NCBI GenBank assembly: GCA_030264375.1
Contig: JASCQW010000177.1
Coordinates: forward strand, 15,347,243-15,411,242
Source: Carcharhinus longimanus
Taxonomy: Eukaryota
Direction: 5' to 3'
Length of the DNA stretch: 64,000 nucleotides
The notes beneath the pieces are model-generated. The model was not told where the DNA came from, searched no databases, and worked only from the letters and a program-made list of their open reading frames with translations. Position numbers and translations under genes: made by a program. Shown in pieces: positions 1 through 11,664 of this stretch (positions are counted from its first letter, which is position 1; the number at the start of each line of letters is the position of its first letter).

Positions 1-557
1 AGTGGAGACCCATATTCTGCGACACAAAAGTAAGATGCAGGATTCATAATGTAGCAACTTGTCAATCCTAGCAGTGACACCAGTTCCATGCTGATATCAT
101 TATAAGTTAAAGCAGCAGTGAATGCGAATGAAGAACCACTCAGTCCTGCTTCTTACTTAGATCATCTACAATCTACTCTAACATCGATGCTACACACATT
201 AAACCTATTGAGGGAACGGGAATATTCTCTAATCCTCAGTGATATCAAACAACTCCAGAATATACATCCAACCCCATTTTACAGAATCACAGAATGGTTA
301 CAACACAAAGGCAATGATTTTTGAACTGATAGAGACGTTAATTATAAAAAGCTAATTTGACTGACAACAGTGGAGCAATAATAAACTAAAAAAGCTGAAA
401 ATACATAACCAGTAATCAGGATGTTTCATCTCATGCTTTTGATGTGAAGGGTGCATATTCAGAACAGATAGAGACATACTTTGTGTATGTCCAACATTTT
501 GTTTTCAGGTTATTAAATCATGAGATTGACAAGAAACAGGATGCATTCGATACTTAC

Positions 558-708
558 CAGGAAGGAACAGAGGAAAATGAAGGAGACAAAATAGAAATAG
601 GCAAACTCATTGCCACATTCGTTTCCTGCGATGCCAGATTTTGGATCACATGGTTTGCCACCCAAGCATGATAACATGATACTATGCCATGCCTCTCCTG
701 TTGCACTC
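558..708 (-). CDS. CACNA1A: CACNA1A exon ~35 (151 nt), domain IV pore loop and S6 start: (R)[50 protein letters not shown]
   Basis: Acceptor tatttcag at 709-716 and donor gtaagt at 552-557 (minus strand); contains the selectivity-filter TGEAW motif. Confidence 0.97.
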
Positions 709-1341
709 CTGAAATACACATACAATCTTGTTACAGTAACGGCAGTCAAGGAAGACAGATGAAAACTAATAGGAAATTCACACACTTCCTTTAATAATTC
801 ACCTGAAAGACATCAATTTGATAAAAGCCCCAGTATAGGTGATTCCCAATTCTGGGTAAAATATGAGGCTGCGTCCAGACTCATTGGGTCAGAGATACCT
901 CCTCAAATTGTGCACTGGTTTTGGATAACGTACTTAGTAACAGAAAAAAATCATCCTGTCTGAGTCCTTCTCTGTGATGGCTCAGTGGGCTTGCTGTCAT
1001 ACTGAGCTCTACAAATCAGAAAATATCAGTTTCAATCTCTGGCCTAGCCAGGGAAGAATCAAGGGGCATGGGAAAGAGTGGTGCCTTCATTCGCTAGGGA
1101 AACAAGGAACTGGATTTGCCAATATTCATGCTATTAATCATTACACAGTGATCGTTGCTGAAAAGTGCATGCGTCTCCATGGCAGGTGAGAATTGGAGTC
1201 AGCTGTGGTACCTTCTATACTTCGATAGCTTGCTGACAAACATTACTTAGGCTGCAGGGGAAGAAGTGCCTGGTATCTATGAAACCTTATTAAGAGATAT
1301 TAAAAGAAATTAAGAGGCAAATAAAGTTGATGGTTTTTTAC

Positions 1342-1439
1342 CGGAAAAGAAGTATCAGGGCTTGGAAGAATGTTCTGAAGTTGTTGTGGTGATTAATTTC
1401 ACTATCTTCATCATCATCAATTGCAATATTTCCAAATAC
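1342..1439 (-). CDS. CACNA1A: CACNA1A exon ~34 (98 nt): [32 protein letters not shown](R)
   Basis: Acceptor ttttgcag, donor gtaaaa; phase 0 to phase 2 joins exons 33 and 35; [10 protein letters not shown] motif. Confidence 0.95.
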
Positions 1440-1694
1440 CTGCAAAATAAAATGAGGCTATTTCAATTCCAAGTTCACTTTACTGTCCATACAGAAATTT
1501 ATTTCAGTGCATTACTCATTTATTAAAAATTGCATACAAGTGAATAACAATAAAAGAAAGAAAATCACGCAAAGACGTCTAACTTTAAATCAAATATCTA
1601 TTCAAAACTACATTAAAATGATCAGCCAACATTCCCATCCACACATCAAACTCCTAAGTTCTTACAGAGAAGAGCACATTGAATTCAGGTGGTA

Positions 1695-1883
1695 GGGTGG
1701 CACAGTGATTAGTAATGCTGCCTTACAGTGCCAGGGACCTGGGTTCGANNNNNNNNNNTTAATGTCAGGGGGACTAGCTAGGATAAATGTATAGGCTTAT
1801 GGGGGATAGGGCCTGGGTGGGAGTGTGGTCGGTGCAGACTCAATGGGCCAAATGGCCTCCTTCTGCACTGTAGGGATTCTATG
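1695..1883 (+). mobile_element. tRNA-derived shark SINE (HE1-like), interrupted by a gap
   Basis: A/B-box-like head (ggtggcacagtg...gggttcga) and CR1-like tail (gggccaaatggcctccttctgcactgtagggattctatga) shared with copies at 33993, 47730 and 57768. Confidence 0.8.
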
Positions 1884-2229
1884 AATTGATTTGTCCTGTA
1901 TCTGAGGGATTGTAGCCTTTCAACTGAACACAGCCATCAGTAATACTGAAAGAAGGGATGATTCTCATTGTTCATGACACCACTTTTATCAAGAAAAATC
2001 TGCTTATTAAATATCCTTCTTACCTGGTTCAATAATCTTTGTACCTTTAAAGTGTCTATTTTCAGAAGGCAACAGCATCAGAAAAATAGCACTCTCAAGA
2101 TCTACTTGAAATGTTTTTAATTTTCTGAATAGTATAATCATATATGTTCCTTGGCCATCACATCTGTATATTCTTCCCTCCAATTCAACTTATAATCTAC
2201 TTTGACATCTAGAAACTTGTATTAATAGC

Positions 2230-3080
2230 TATTTCAATGTCCACATCATGAATCTTCACAGGAACAATATCATTAGCTACTTTTTTTCTAAAATCTATAA
2301 CTAGTTTCATCCTGTTTTCGTTCAGAACATTTTACAACCCTCTCCATCAAATTCCTGGTTTCCTTCACTATTCCCTATGAGACCCACAAGTTCCGTATTC
2401 TCAGCATACTTTTGGATTGTTATGTACTTTGACTGACAATCATTCATATAGAGAATGAAAAATAAAGGTACACAACCCTGAGGAGATCCAGTGTTAGTTA
2501 ACATAGGCTTCCAGAAACTCTCTCCCGTTGTCATGTTGTGAAGTAAATCATTGTTTCAAAATATGAAGTAGGATTGATATCAATGTTTTTAAATTTTTCA
2601 ATAAGCTGGAATGGTTATGGAGTATTAAAACCTGAAGAGAAAACAACAAAGGTAGCAAAAGCATAGTTGCCTAATCTATCCCCTGGTATCAGATAGAGCA
2701 AGATCAGAATAGCATCAACCACTGACTTATGACGACATTGATAAGCAAACTGATCAATATGTGGAACAAGAGGATCAAAAGGACAACTTTTACTATGCGC
2801 TCAAAGCAATTCATGACTATTGATGTAAGAGCAACTGGTTGGTATTCTGAAATTGAGATATCCTGATTATTGTGTCTGCACAAGTACTCTGCTCACAGAG
2901 AGAAAAAGAAAAATATTTATAATGAAAACTTAGCAGCAAGGAACAGCTCCAGAACTTGTATGTTTTGTTGTAAAAGATTGCAACCTTTTTCTGCGTCTGC
3001 TGAATGCAAGTGAGATTGGAAGGGCATAGATTTTCCACTGAACTACATCTTTTCAGGACCACAACAGAACCTGTTAGAAT
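2230..3080 (-). mobile_element. Decayed non-LTR retrotransposon RT fragment (Rex1/Babar-like)
   Basis: Minus ORF NTGSPQGCVPLFFILYMNDC...QKYAENTELVGLI resembles the RT motifs G.PQG..LSP.LF.LY.ND and K(F/Y)ADDT; an upstream QFAY motif is present. Ends approximate. Confidence 0.7.
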
Positions 3081-3444
3081 TCCAAGTTTTTTAAATGGAT
3101 AAAGTTAACAATATGGCTGGCAAGGTTAAAAAGAACAGGGAAGAATCAGTTAAATTGGATGGCAAATTTGGGTTTTAAAAACCTGTAGATTATAGTTGGA
3201 AAGGAAGACTGAGTGAGGGATGAGAAAAGTTCTGGGAAATAATGAGTTAAAAGTTATAGTTATTTCTAATTAAAATCTTGATTTTAAAACAGTGAGAATG
3301 TAGAAAGAAGATTCTGTTGTATGCATGGAACCAGAATAACATATCAATGTCTGGCAAAATGGTGTCAATGTTTTTCAATAATCAAACATAAAAGTGTGTG
3401 TGTGTGAGTGTGTCATTCATAGGAGGAGAGAAGTTATCCCCTTT

Positions 3445-4160
3445 GAGTGAGCCGTTTGAGCCTGCTCCACCATTCATTATCTTGGCTGATCATTCAACTC
3501 AATAGCCTGATCCCACCTTCTCCCCATATCCTTTCACCCCCTTCATCCCAAGTGCTACATCTAACTCGTTCTTGAAAATATACAATGTTTTGGCTTCAAC
3601 AGATTTCTGTAGTAGCAAATTCCAGAAGATTACCACTTGCTGCATGAAGTAATTTCTCCTCATCTCAGTCCTAAAAGGTTTACCTCGTTTCCTTCAACTA
3701 TGGCCCCACATCATCAGGAACATCCTTCCTGCATCTACTCTGTCTAGCCGTGTTAGAATTTTATAGGTTTTTATGGGATTTCTGTATTTTGTTCTTGTCC
3801 TTGATTCCTCCTGCTTTGACTCCTTGCAGAGGTCCCCATCCCCCTGCTATTTTAGTTTAAATTCTCCTCAACCACTCAGCAAATACTTCCCAAGGACATC
3901 AGTCCTGGTCCTGCCCAAGTGTAACCCATCCAGTTTGTACTGGTCCCACCTCCCTCAGAATGGATGCCAATGTCCCAGGAATCTGAAACCCTCACACCAT
4001 CTATTCAGCCATATATTCATCCTATATATCCTGCTATTCCTGCTCTGACTAGCAAGTGGCACAGGAAGTATTCTTCAGATAACTACCTTTGAGGTCCTAC
4101 TTTTCAACTTACTTCCTAACTATATTCTGCTTTTAGGACTTCATCCTTTTTAACATGAGT
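3445..4160 (-). mobile_element. CR1-like LINE fragments (3' end plus ORF1 esterase-like piece)
   Basis: Reverse CR1 3' tail (cctgctccaccattcat...tggctgatc); minus-strand RWDQYKLDGLHLGRTRTDVLG resembles the DGLHL motif of the CR1 ORF1 SGNH esterase. Confidence 0.65.
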
Positions 4161-4271
4161 CATTTGTGCCAGGACCATAGGAACACAGCTAATATTATGC
4201 TTCAACTCCACTATGCTGCCTGATCCCCATGTTCCTCGATTCCCCATAAGACCAGAAAACTTGGGCATAGT

Positions 4272-4433
4272 CCATCCATGTAGACTAACCCATCCTTGTA
4301 ATCCAGCTCATTCATGTAGACTAGCCCGTCCCTATACTCCAGCCCATCTACATAAACGGGCCCATCCCCGCACTCCGGCTCAGGCCTGTAGATGAGCTCA
4401 TGCCTGAAATCTAGACAATCGCTGTAGTCTAAC
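4272..4433. repeat. Degenerate 18-bp minisatellite (~9 units, alternating 36-bp higher-order pattern)
   Basis: Units ccatccatgtagactaac / ccatccttgtaatccagc / tcattcatgtagactagc / ccgtccctatactccagc / ccatctacataaacgggc / ... Confidence 0.8.
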
Positions 4434-5269
4434 CCAAACCAAGTCTACCCCAGTAGTTGTGCAATGCTGCCTTTACCTTTTGGTAAAAGGAACTATACAA
4501 GTTTGATGTTCAGCTATATATCTACATTGAGCCACTAGATGGAAACAGCACACTGGAAACTACACCACAACCATGTCTACAAAACTAGGTAGGAGAGTTC
4601 ACTCTTCATTTCAATCACTGGAAATCACCAAAAATAGCTGCTCAACAGGGTCTGGGTATTGACACGATTTCTTTTGCCCCATTTTTATTTATTAAATCTT
4701 ATTTGCTAGCAGCTTACTCAAAGATATAAGGAGGTGTAACATCTCAGAAGGAAGTATTTAAAAAAAATGAAAATTGTTAATAGGTTATTCTAATTCTATC
4801 ACTGCATCATTTTCAACAAATCAATTATTTTTATTTCTAATGATATTGATTTATTGGAGTTACTTACTGATTGAGGTTACCTAATTAGGATCAGGTTTGT
4901 AACTGTGGGCTCTACCCACTGGAAACTGAAATGACACTCCCCCTGTCCCATTTCAAGTACAAGTTGTGCAGAACTTGTACCTGAAGCTACATTCAGTCTG
5001 GTGTGTCATTTCAGTCTGGTTTGGATTTTTCAATTGTTATATATGTATTATGATTTTTCAAATCAGCATGTTGAGACTTCCTGTTTGTTTTGCAATACTT
5101 CATTATCTTTCCTCACTAATCAGGTCCCTCTCTCTCCTCTGATTAGACTGCTTCAGTTGTCCAGCTAACTACCACCTTGGTGCATGTTGGCAACACTACA
5201 GCTTGTTTGATTCCAGATGTCCTGAACAGAGTTCGAAGACAGTTCTTAAATCAGTTTCCTCCCTTTCTC

Positions 5270-5620
5270 TCACATATCTGCATTGCTGAAAAAGAGAGAC
5301 ATGCTGCCAAAGCTTTTCGTCTTGCACTCATCAGGACAAATTCACAAGAATACCAAACTCAAAGGAAACAACAATTTATACTGCACAAGAAGAGGGTGCC
5401 GATTGTTTGGCAACTGAACTCTAATTGGTAGAGGAGTTGCCAAGGAAAATGAACCAGAGAACAGTTTGCTGGCAAGCTTTTGTTCAATTTCAAATCAGGC
5501 AGGTTGACCCTGATTGATCAAGACATTGCCATGGGGAGTGTTGTTTATCCCGATAGAAAAACATGTTACGTGAATGTCAGAGAGATTCAGTTTGGACTCT
5601 ATTCTCGTTGGTAAAGGCCC
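5270..5620 (-). mobile_element. Penelope-like element terminal fragment
   Basis: Contains a minimal hammerhead motif of the kind found in Penelope pLTRs; boundaries approximate. Confidence 0.5.
5305..5338 (-). ncRNA. Minimal (Penelope-type) hammerhead ribozyme motif
   Basis: Minus strand reads UGUC-CUGAUGA-GU gcaag AC-GAAA-AGCUU-U-GGCA: intact core, 4-bp stem I, 2-bp stem II, palindromic stem III. Confidence 0.55.
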
Positions 5621-5889
5621 TAGCACCTCTACATGTCATTCAATTAAGTTACTATAAATTAATTATAACAAGCAATCACCATCATGTGATCCATGTAATA
5701 CATTAATTAACATGAACCAATTAATCCCTGCTACATTGAATGGAATGTCTTTTTATTCATGAAAGTTTTAAACATAATCTAGAAATAAAATCTCGCATTC
5801 AACATTCTAAAAGAACATTCCGTTTATGATCTTGCCAAATTAACTTATATTAAATAGAAAGGAATGTTCAGGGCAATAGTTGTTCAAAA

Positions 5890-6200
5890 TGCCAGCTTGG
5901 TTTAATTGGTACACTCCTGCCACTGAGTCAGAAGTCCATGGGTTCAAGTCCTGAATTCAGGACTAGGCACATGATATCAGCTGACAGCCCAATGCATTAC
6001 TGAGGCAGTCAAAGAGCCATCCTCCAGATAGAAATGAAATGAAGGACATATCTACTTCCTATTACACTATTCAGAGAAGAGCAACTAAAGCCACCAAGAA
6101 ATGGGTGATCTCATCATTCATCTCATCTCCACTTGTATGCAAAATGGCAATCATTGGGTTTTTTATGTATATATGATGGATAGATTTTGTTAACCAAATG
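5890..6200 (+). mobile_element. Old tRNA-derived DeuSINE (SacSINE/AmnSINE-like) remnant
   Basis: Head ...gccactgagtcagaag...gggttcaagtcc and a Deu-like body; homologous to 58830-59450. Confidence 0.55.
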
Positions 6201-6214
6201 TATTTTTTCTTTAT

Positions 6215-6545
6215 CTTTTTCATAGGATGTTGGCACCATTGGCAATTGTTGCCTATTCCTAACTGCCTTTGAACCAAGGAGCTTGCTCAACCATTTCAGA
6301 GGGCAGTTAAGAGTCATCCATATTGCTGTGGGTCTGGAGTCACATGTAGGGTAGATTTTCCCTAATGGACATTACTGTACTAGATGGGTTTTTATGACAA
6401 TGACAGTTTCATTGTCACTATTATTGAGATTTGCTTTATATTAAATTCCACTAGCTGCTGTAGTGCAATTTGAACCCATGTCTACTGGCCATTAGCCTGG
6501 GCTGCCAGATTAATAGTCCAGTGGCATCACCAATACACCACTGTT
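6215..6545 (-). mobile_element. LF-SINE-like element
   Basis: Core ccatttcagagggcagttaagagtca...ttgctgtgggtctggagtcacatgtagg recurs at 19445, 20415, 28630, 34905 and 61805; tRNA-like head on the minus strand. Confidence 0.7.
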
Positions 6546-6996
6546 TCCCTTTAGGAATATGGGTCAAAAGCAGTTGCATCAGATCAGAACTCACTGAATG
6601 ACAGAACGGGCCATAGGGGCTAAAACAGCCTGCTCCTATATGGGTTTTAAGGTATTGTTTAAATTCTCTGTTCATGAATATAACATTACGTTTTTCTAAA
6701 TATCAAATTTTTGATCCAAAAAAGACATGCTCTTTTGGAGCTCCTAGTCTCTACGTCATAAGTTCACTGAAAGGGAGCAAATTGAAATGGCCTTACTGCT
6801 TGCAGCAAGACTGAACCTCCTACTGATTTTCACAGTCTGTGGAATATCTTCTTGCTGAGTTCCAGGGGTGAGAGGAGGACACCAATTTTAGTTTTATTTA
6901 AACTAGTGCATTGATGGTAACATTTTAGAAACAGATTTTCAAAGGTTTTGGACATTTTTCTTCTAGATTATGAATAGAAAAGAAATTCTGTCTCAC

Positions 6997-7062
6997 CTGC
7001 ATTCCGATAATCGCATAAATGAAGAACAGCATTGCGATCAGGAGACAGACGTAAGGCAATGC
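6997..7062 (-). CDS. CACNA1A: CACNA1A exon ~33 (66 nt): [22 protein letters not shown] (IV S5)
   Basis: Acceptor tttttcag, donor gtgaga; canonical Cav2 sequence. Confidence 0.97.
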
Positions 7063-7658
7063 CTGAAAAAAAGATTCAATTACCCATTCCACTTAATTCT
7101 CCAAGTGACTCAAAAAGCAAATATTATGTATCACACTATATGATATTTCAAGTTTTACAAACATGTTGATCAGGTTGTTTCCCTACTAGGAAAGCTGCTA
7201 GGTAAAATTAGATACCGAGATTCTGGTGCTAAGAATGGAACATCTTCAATCTTCGCCACATATTGCTGTAATTTTATTTTCCTCCATGTTTCTCAGATCA
7301 ATCAGCCTATAAAGCTAGTTAATAAGCTGATTGATAAGCTGTTCGTTATTGAGTGAGAAAGCCTGCAGCATGAAGGATGATGTTAGCACCAAGAATTTCT
7401 AAATAAGTGTTGTGTGATTAGACAGAGTAAAGCTCCCTCTACTCCAACACAACCTCCCAACACCAGCCATCCTAGCAGTTCTCTTAGGAACTTACATCTT
7501 GATGTATTTTTGTGTTGTGGGCATGTACCCAGTTATACTGAAACTGGCCAAACATGGAATTCTACATTTAAAGCAGAATTTCATTCTTTCAGCCTGTACC
7601 AAGTTTGAAGCTAGATCCCAAAGAGGAAAAAACAGTGTGTAATCTTCAGAAAAACCTA

Positions 7659-7844
<186 letters not shown>

Positions 7845-9597
7845 CTATAAAAGCGAGGTCAATGAACAAACAGGACAGTTAAACATTAATGTATTCTTGT
7901 CTCTGCTGGTTGCATTTGACAAGAATGGCACTTAAAGAAGACTCCCAAAAAACAAGTCTGGCCATCATCCAATCATGTAAAAGAATGGGTTTCCTTGTTA
8001 AAATATATATAGGTATACATGTATATATATATTTATAACACAACCAAATGCACTCTTCTTTGACACTAGTAAGCCATAAGGTGGAGTCTACTTGCAAGTA
8101 AAATGCACATGTGGGGTTTGCAAACATTCTGCTGAAATAAAACAATTCCTTTTAAAGTTATGATTTGTATCCGTAGATTCCAGGTGAGCATGCAAGGGCA
8201 CCAATTGCAAAAAGCAACAATGCAGTAGCAGTCCCTGATAAGAGCTGTGGCTCGATAAATTGCAGCTCTTTAAACACATGCAGCAAATATACATTTTTAG
8301 TAATGCATCAGCTTGAGTTTATCAGTGGTCTGATTCAACTATCAAATACCCTCAGAATGGCAAAGAAAAATTAAAGTTGAGCAGACTTATACATATTGAT
8401 ATGTATAAGAAGAAATCAAAATAAATCCTTTAACCTCACCCACTGGCTCTTCATTCATCTCATCTTCCTTTTTACTTGTTTCCATTTTGCTCTTGCCCTG
8501 CTTTAAAAACTTGTGCTTCTTGTTTCTTATATTGTTTCTTCATGGTGCTTGTTCCAAACCATATCCTTTGACACACAGTTAAGAAAGAAAGAGGCAGCAA
8601 GACTACACTACAAGGATTCTTGGGCAGATGGTTATGTTCAGCACATGGAGTGGTATGAACATTACAATTGCCTGGACACCAGGATTAAAGTGTAAAAGAC
8701 TGACACAGCAATCTTTTGGCAAGGACCATCCCACTCTTGGAACAGATTTTTATAAACACGAAAAAGTTTTTTATGCTAGACAGATGATAAATTCATTTAC
8801 TATGGGACCCTTATTATAGAAACTTTCACCATCATTATAGACTAGATTCAACTCGGGTTTTAAAAGGTGAAAGGACACTACTAATTCATCGCTCAATATT
8901 GTCCCATCCTAATGTATTTAATAATTTTGTTCAAATAAAGTATTCGTATTTTATTTAATTTGCTACTTTTTAAAATTTCAAATCGTCAATGGATCACACA
9001 TATATCATCAGAGTGTTAATCTCTTTCAATATATTGCTGTTTGTATGAAGGATTCTTAATAAGTCACCCACAGATGTTTCAAAATCTCCATCACCCATAT
9101 CAGGTAACAGAGGCAGCAGGTCAGTCATACACATGCATAAGTTTTAAATGCATCAGTGACCAAACACAAGGAAAGGGCCCAAAGCAGGGAGTGAGGTCCA
9201 CAGGCTTGGAGGAGAAACACGAACCAAAAGAATTTTTTTCTGGCTCTAAAGCTCTAAAAAGTAACCCATTTAAAAAGTGTATGTAAACAAGTGCGTTGCA
9301 ATTTCAGTACCTGTGGTAAAATCCCTTTCCCTTTAATATAATCTCATTGTTTTTGATAATCTAATTATTGAAGCGTGTAGGGAAGATGCTGTTAAGATTG
9401 AAAGATAGGTTTAAGTTGAATGGTGTATTTTATAAAGGAAGAGTCGACATTAGAGAGGTGATCATAATAGGCTGAGGGTTGAGAAGCTCCTTATAGATTG
9501 TGATAGTCCCTGAGCTACTACAACCTCCTCATTGAGTAAAACATTTAAAAAGGATGTCTACTGTAGGATATAACAATACATATTCTGGAGTGTAAAC

Positions 9598-9815
9598 AAA
9601 ATATGCTGAAAAATTCAGCAGGTCTGGCAACATCTGTGGAGAAAGAAACAGAGATAACATTTCAAATCCAATAGGATTTCTTCAGAACTGGGAGTACCAA
9701 AGTCATATTGGACTCAAAACATTAATTCTGTTTCTTTCTCTACAGAAGTTGCTGGATCTGCTGAGATTTTTTCCAGCATTTTCATTTCTATTTCATATCT
9801 CCAGCATCTGCAGTT
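9598..9815. mobile_element. Palindromic Penelope-derived short element (related copies at ~19015, 20980, 24050, 28315 and 30530)
   Basis: Inverted arms atgctgaaaaattcagcaggtctggcaacatctgtggagaaagaaacagag / ctgtttctttctctacagaagttgctggatctgctgagattttttccagcattt; other copies carry degenerate (C/T)TGAYGAAGGGTC...GAAAC cores. Confidence 0.6.
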
Positions 9816-10183
9816 TTTATCTACATATTTTGGAGCTTTGTTTTTATCTTTGAGGATAAAGAGAAATTTGCTAACCCTTCCTCTGCAGATTTAATTAACT
9901 GGTTAGGCTTCACCATGCAGCAGTTAGAACAGTGAAAGGTGGAGGTTTGTTCTGCTAAATTGACTTTACACCAGTACTAAATAAGTTATTAATAAAGCTT
10001 ATTGTTGAAGCTTTGGGAACAGAGCACTGAGGCAAGTGGTGGGTGGGAGCCACAACAAAATCCAAAGCCATGCCAAAAAACACAATCCAAGAAAGCGACA
10101 GCGATTCACAATTCAGCGCTGCATAGCATGCCAAGGGTACTTAGTTTGTGTATGCATTAGGCTCAAAAAAATTACAAACCAAC

Positions 10184-10189
10184 CGTGGT
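10184..10189 (-). CDS. CACNA1A: Candidate 6-nt alternative microexon e31a (ACC ACG = Thr-Thr) in the domain IV S3-S4 loop
   Basis: Minus strand ctacatatag|ACCACG|gttggt; phase 0-0 between exons 31 and 32; 240-nt AG-free upstream zone with a YCAY cluster; same position as mammalian Cav2.1 NP and Cav2.2 ET microexons. Confidence 0.8.
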
Positions 10190-10191
10190 CT

Positions 10192-10431
10192 ATATGTAGA
10201 TGTTGTTGATGGATGATTGTAATTGGATTGCATTGGGATTGGTTTGCAACCAGTTTTAAAATTAGTTGGCATGGACACACAGACGGATACATGGATGACA
10301 CATGAATTTCATAGTGCATTTTGATTGGATGAATTATTTCAGAAGGCGTTGTGCCAATAAAGCACAGATTAAAGACAGCATGTGAAAAGACAAAACAAGA
10401 AATACAGCAATCATTATTGGCAGTTCGTTTT
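10192..10431 (-). promoter_or_regulatory. AG-exclusion zone with Nova-type YCAY cluster upstream of the e31a candidate
   Basis: No CT on the plus strand (no AG on minus) from 10192 to 10431; about 8 YCAY motifs (e.g. ucauccauc, ucauccaug); two GCAUG motifs downstream of the microexon (plus catgc at 10069 and 10127). Confidence 0.65.
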
Positions 10432-11664
10432 CTTTTATCGGCAATGATCTATATCAAAATACAATAGCAACAGACTGGTTCAGACAGTAATAGTGCACAC
10501 TGGCTGCAGATTTTGGTNNNNNNNNNNNNNNNNNNNNNNNNNNNNNNNNNNNNNNNNNNNNNNNNNNNNNNNNNNNNNNNNNNNNNNNNNNNNNNNNNNN
10601 NNNNNNNNNNNNNNNNNAGTGCACACTGGCTGCAGATTTTGGTCAGGAAATAACAATTAACACACATGTGTATACATATACACACATTATTAGTCTGCAG
10701 TTTGTTTTTAATTTGCCCTCTGGATATTTGGCACTATTTTTCTCACAATGTTTGTACAGTGATTATATAAAAAGCACCCATTAGCAGAGATTTTTCTCAT
10801 TTTCTTAATTCTGCTACTAATTTAGATAAAAATAACTGGAAAGGTCACACCATACCCAATTGGAAAATTGTCTGACTTCCAGGTTGAAAAAATAGTGCCC
10901 AAAAATAACCATCAGGTGGTGAGAGAGCACCAGTACCATTCAAAGGTAAGTGTTAGTACAGTTGATTTGTTTCAGAAGGCCTGCATATTGTTAAGTCTCT
11001 GTCAGTACACATATCGCTTATATACATTTAGGTTAGGTAAAAAAACTGGTTACAGCAAACTTAATTCCTCACTTTCTAGTTTCTGCGCAATGCCCAAGTG
11101 GTTGGACCAATCTGTTACTATATAACAATGATCAGGTGTCTCGCAAAATATCCATTCCATTTCTCACTTTTACATAGCCTTTCCAAAAGGCTGCTAATAA
11201 TTGAACAGGTGGTTGGCAAACTCCTTATTTGCATTTATAAACGCACAATACAAACATTGTAGGGGTACTTAAACACAATATTATAATGAAGATAAGGCAT
11301 GGTCCTTCGCTCTCCCAAATACTTTTCCAGTAAGGCATTGTCTCTTTGAAATGTTTAAGTCTTTCATCCTTTAATTGTCAAAGTGCTTATAACACATAAG
11401 AAAATGAGAACATCTATGTGTTTTGATCCATAACACTATGTACTATTTTCTATTTCTGCCATTCTTCTTTGCTAAACAGGAGTGGACAAGTTTACTTCTT
11501 GTTATAGAATATACCATTGCACAAAGTTTCATATCATATTTTAACAACATTTCACCCAGAAGAAGTAAAATATGGGAAATTTGTAATTTCTTTAAAATGT
11601 CAGCAGAATCTGTAATTGCTTTAAAGAATGTTTGAACTTGCATCAATTGTAAAGGGGTTAATTA

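Noticed and set aside
10491-10644. Direct repeat agtgcacactggctgcagattttggt on both sides of a gap
   Set aside because: It flanks a 100-N placeholder gap, which is typical of unmerged overlapping contig ends.
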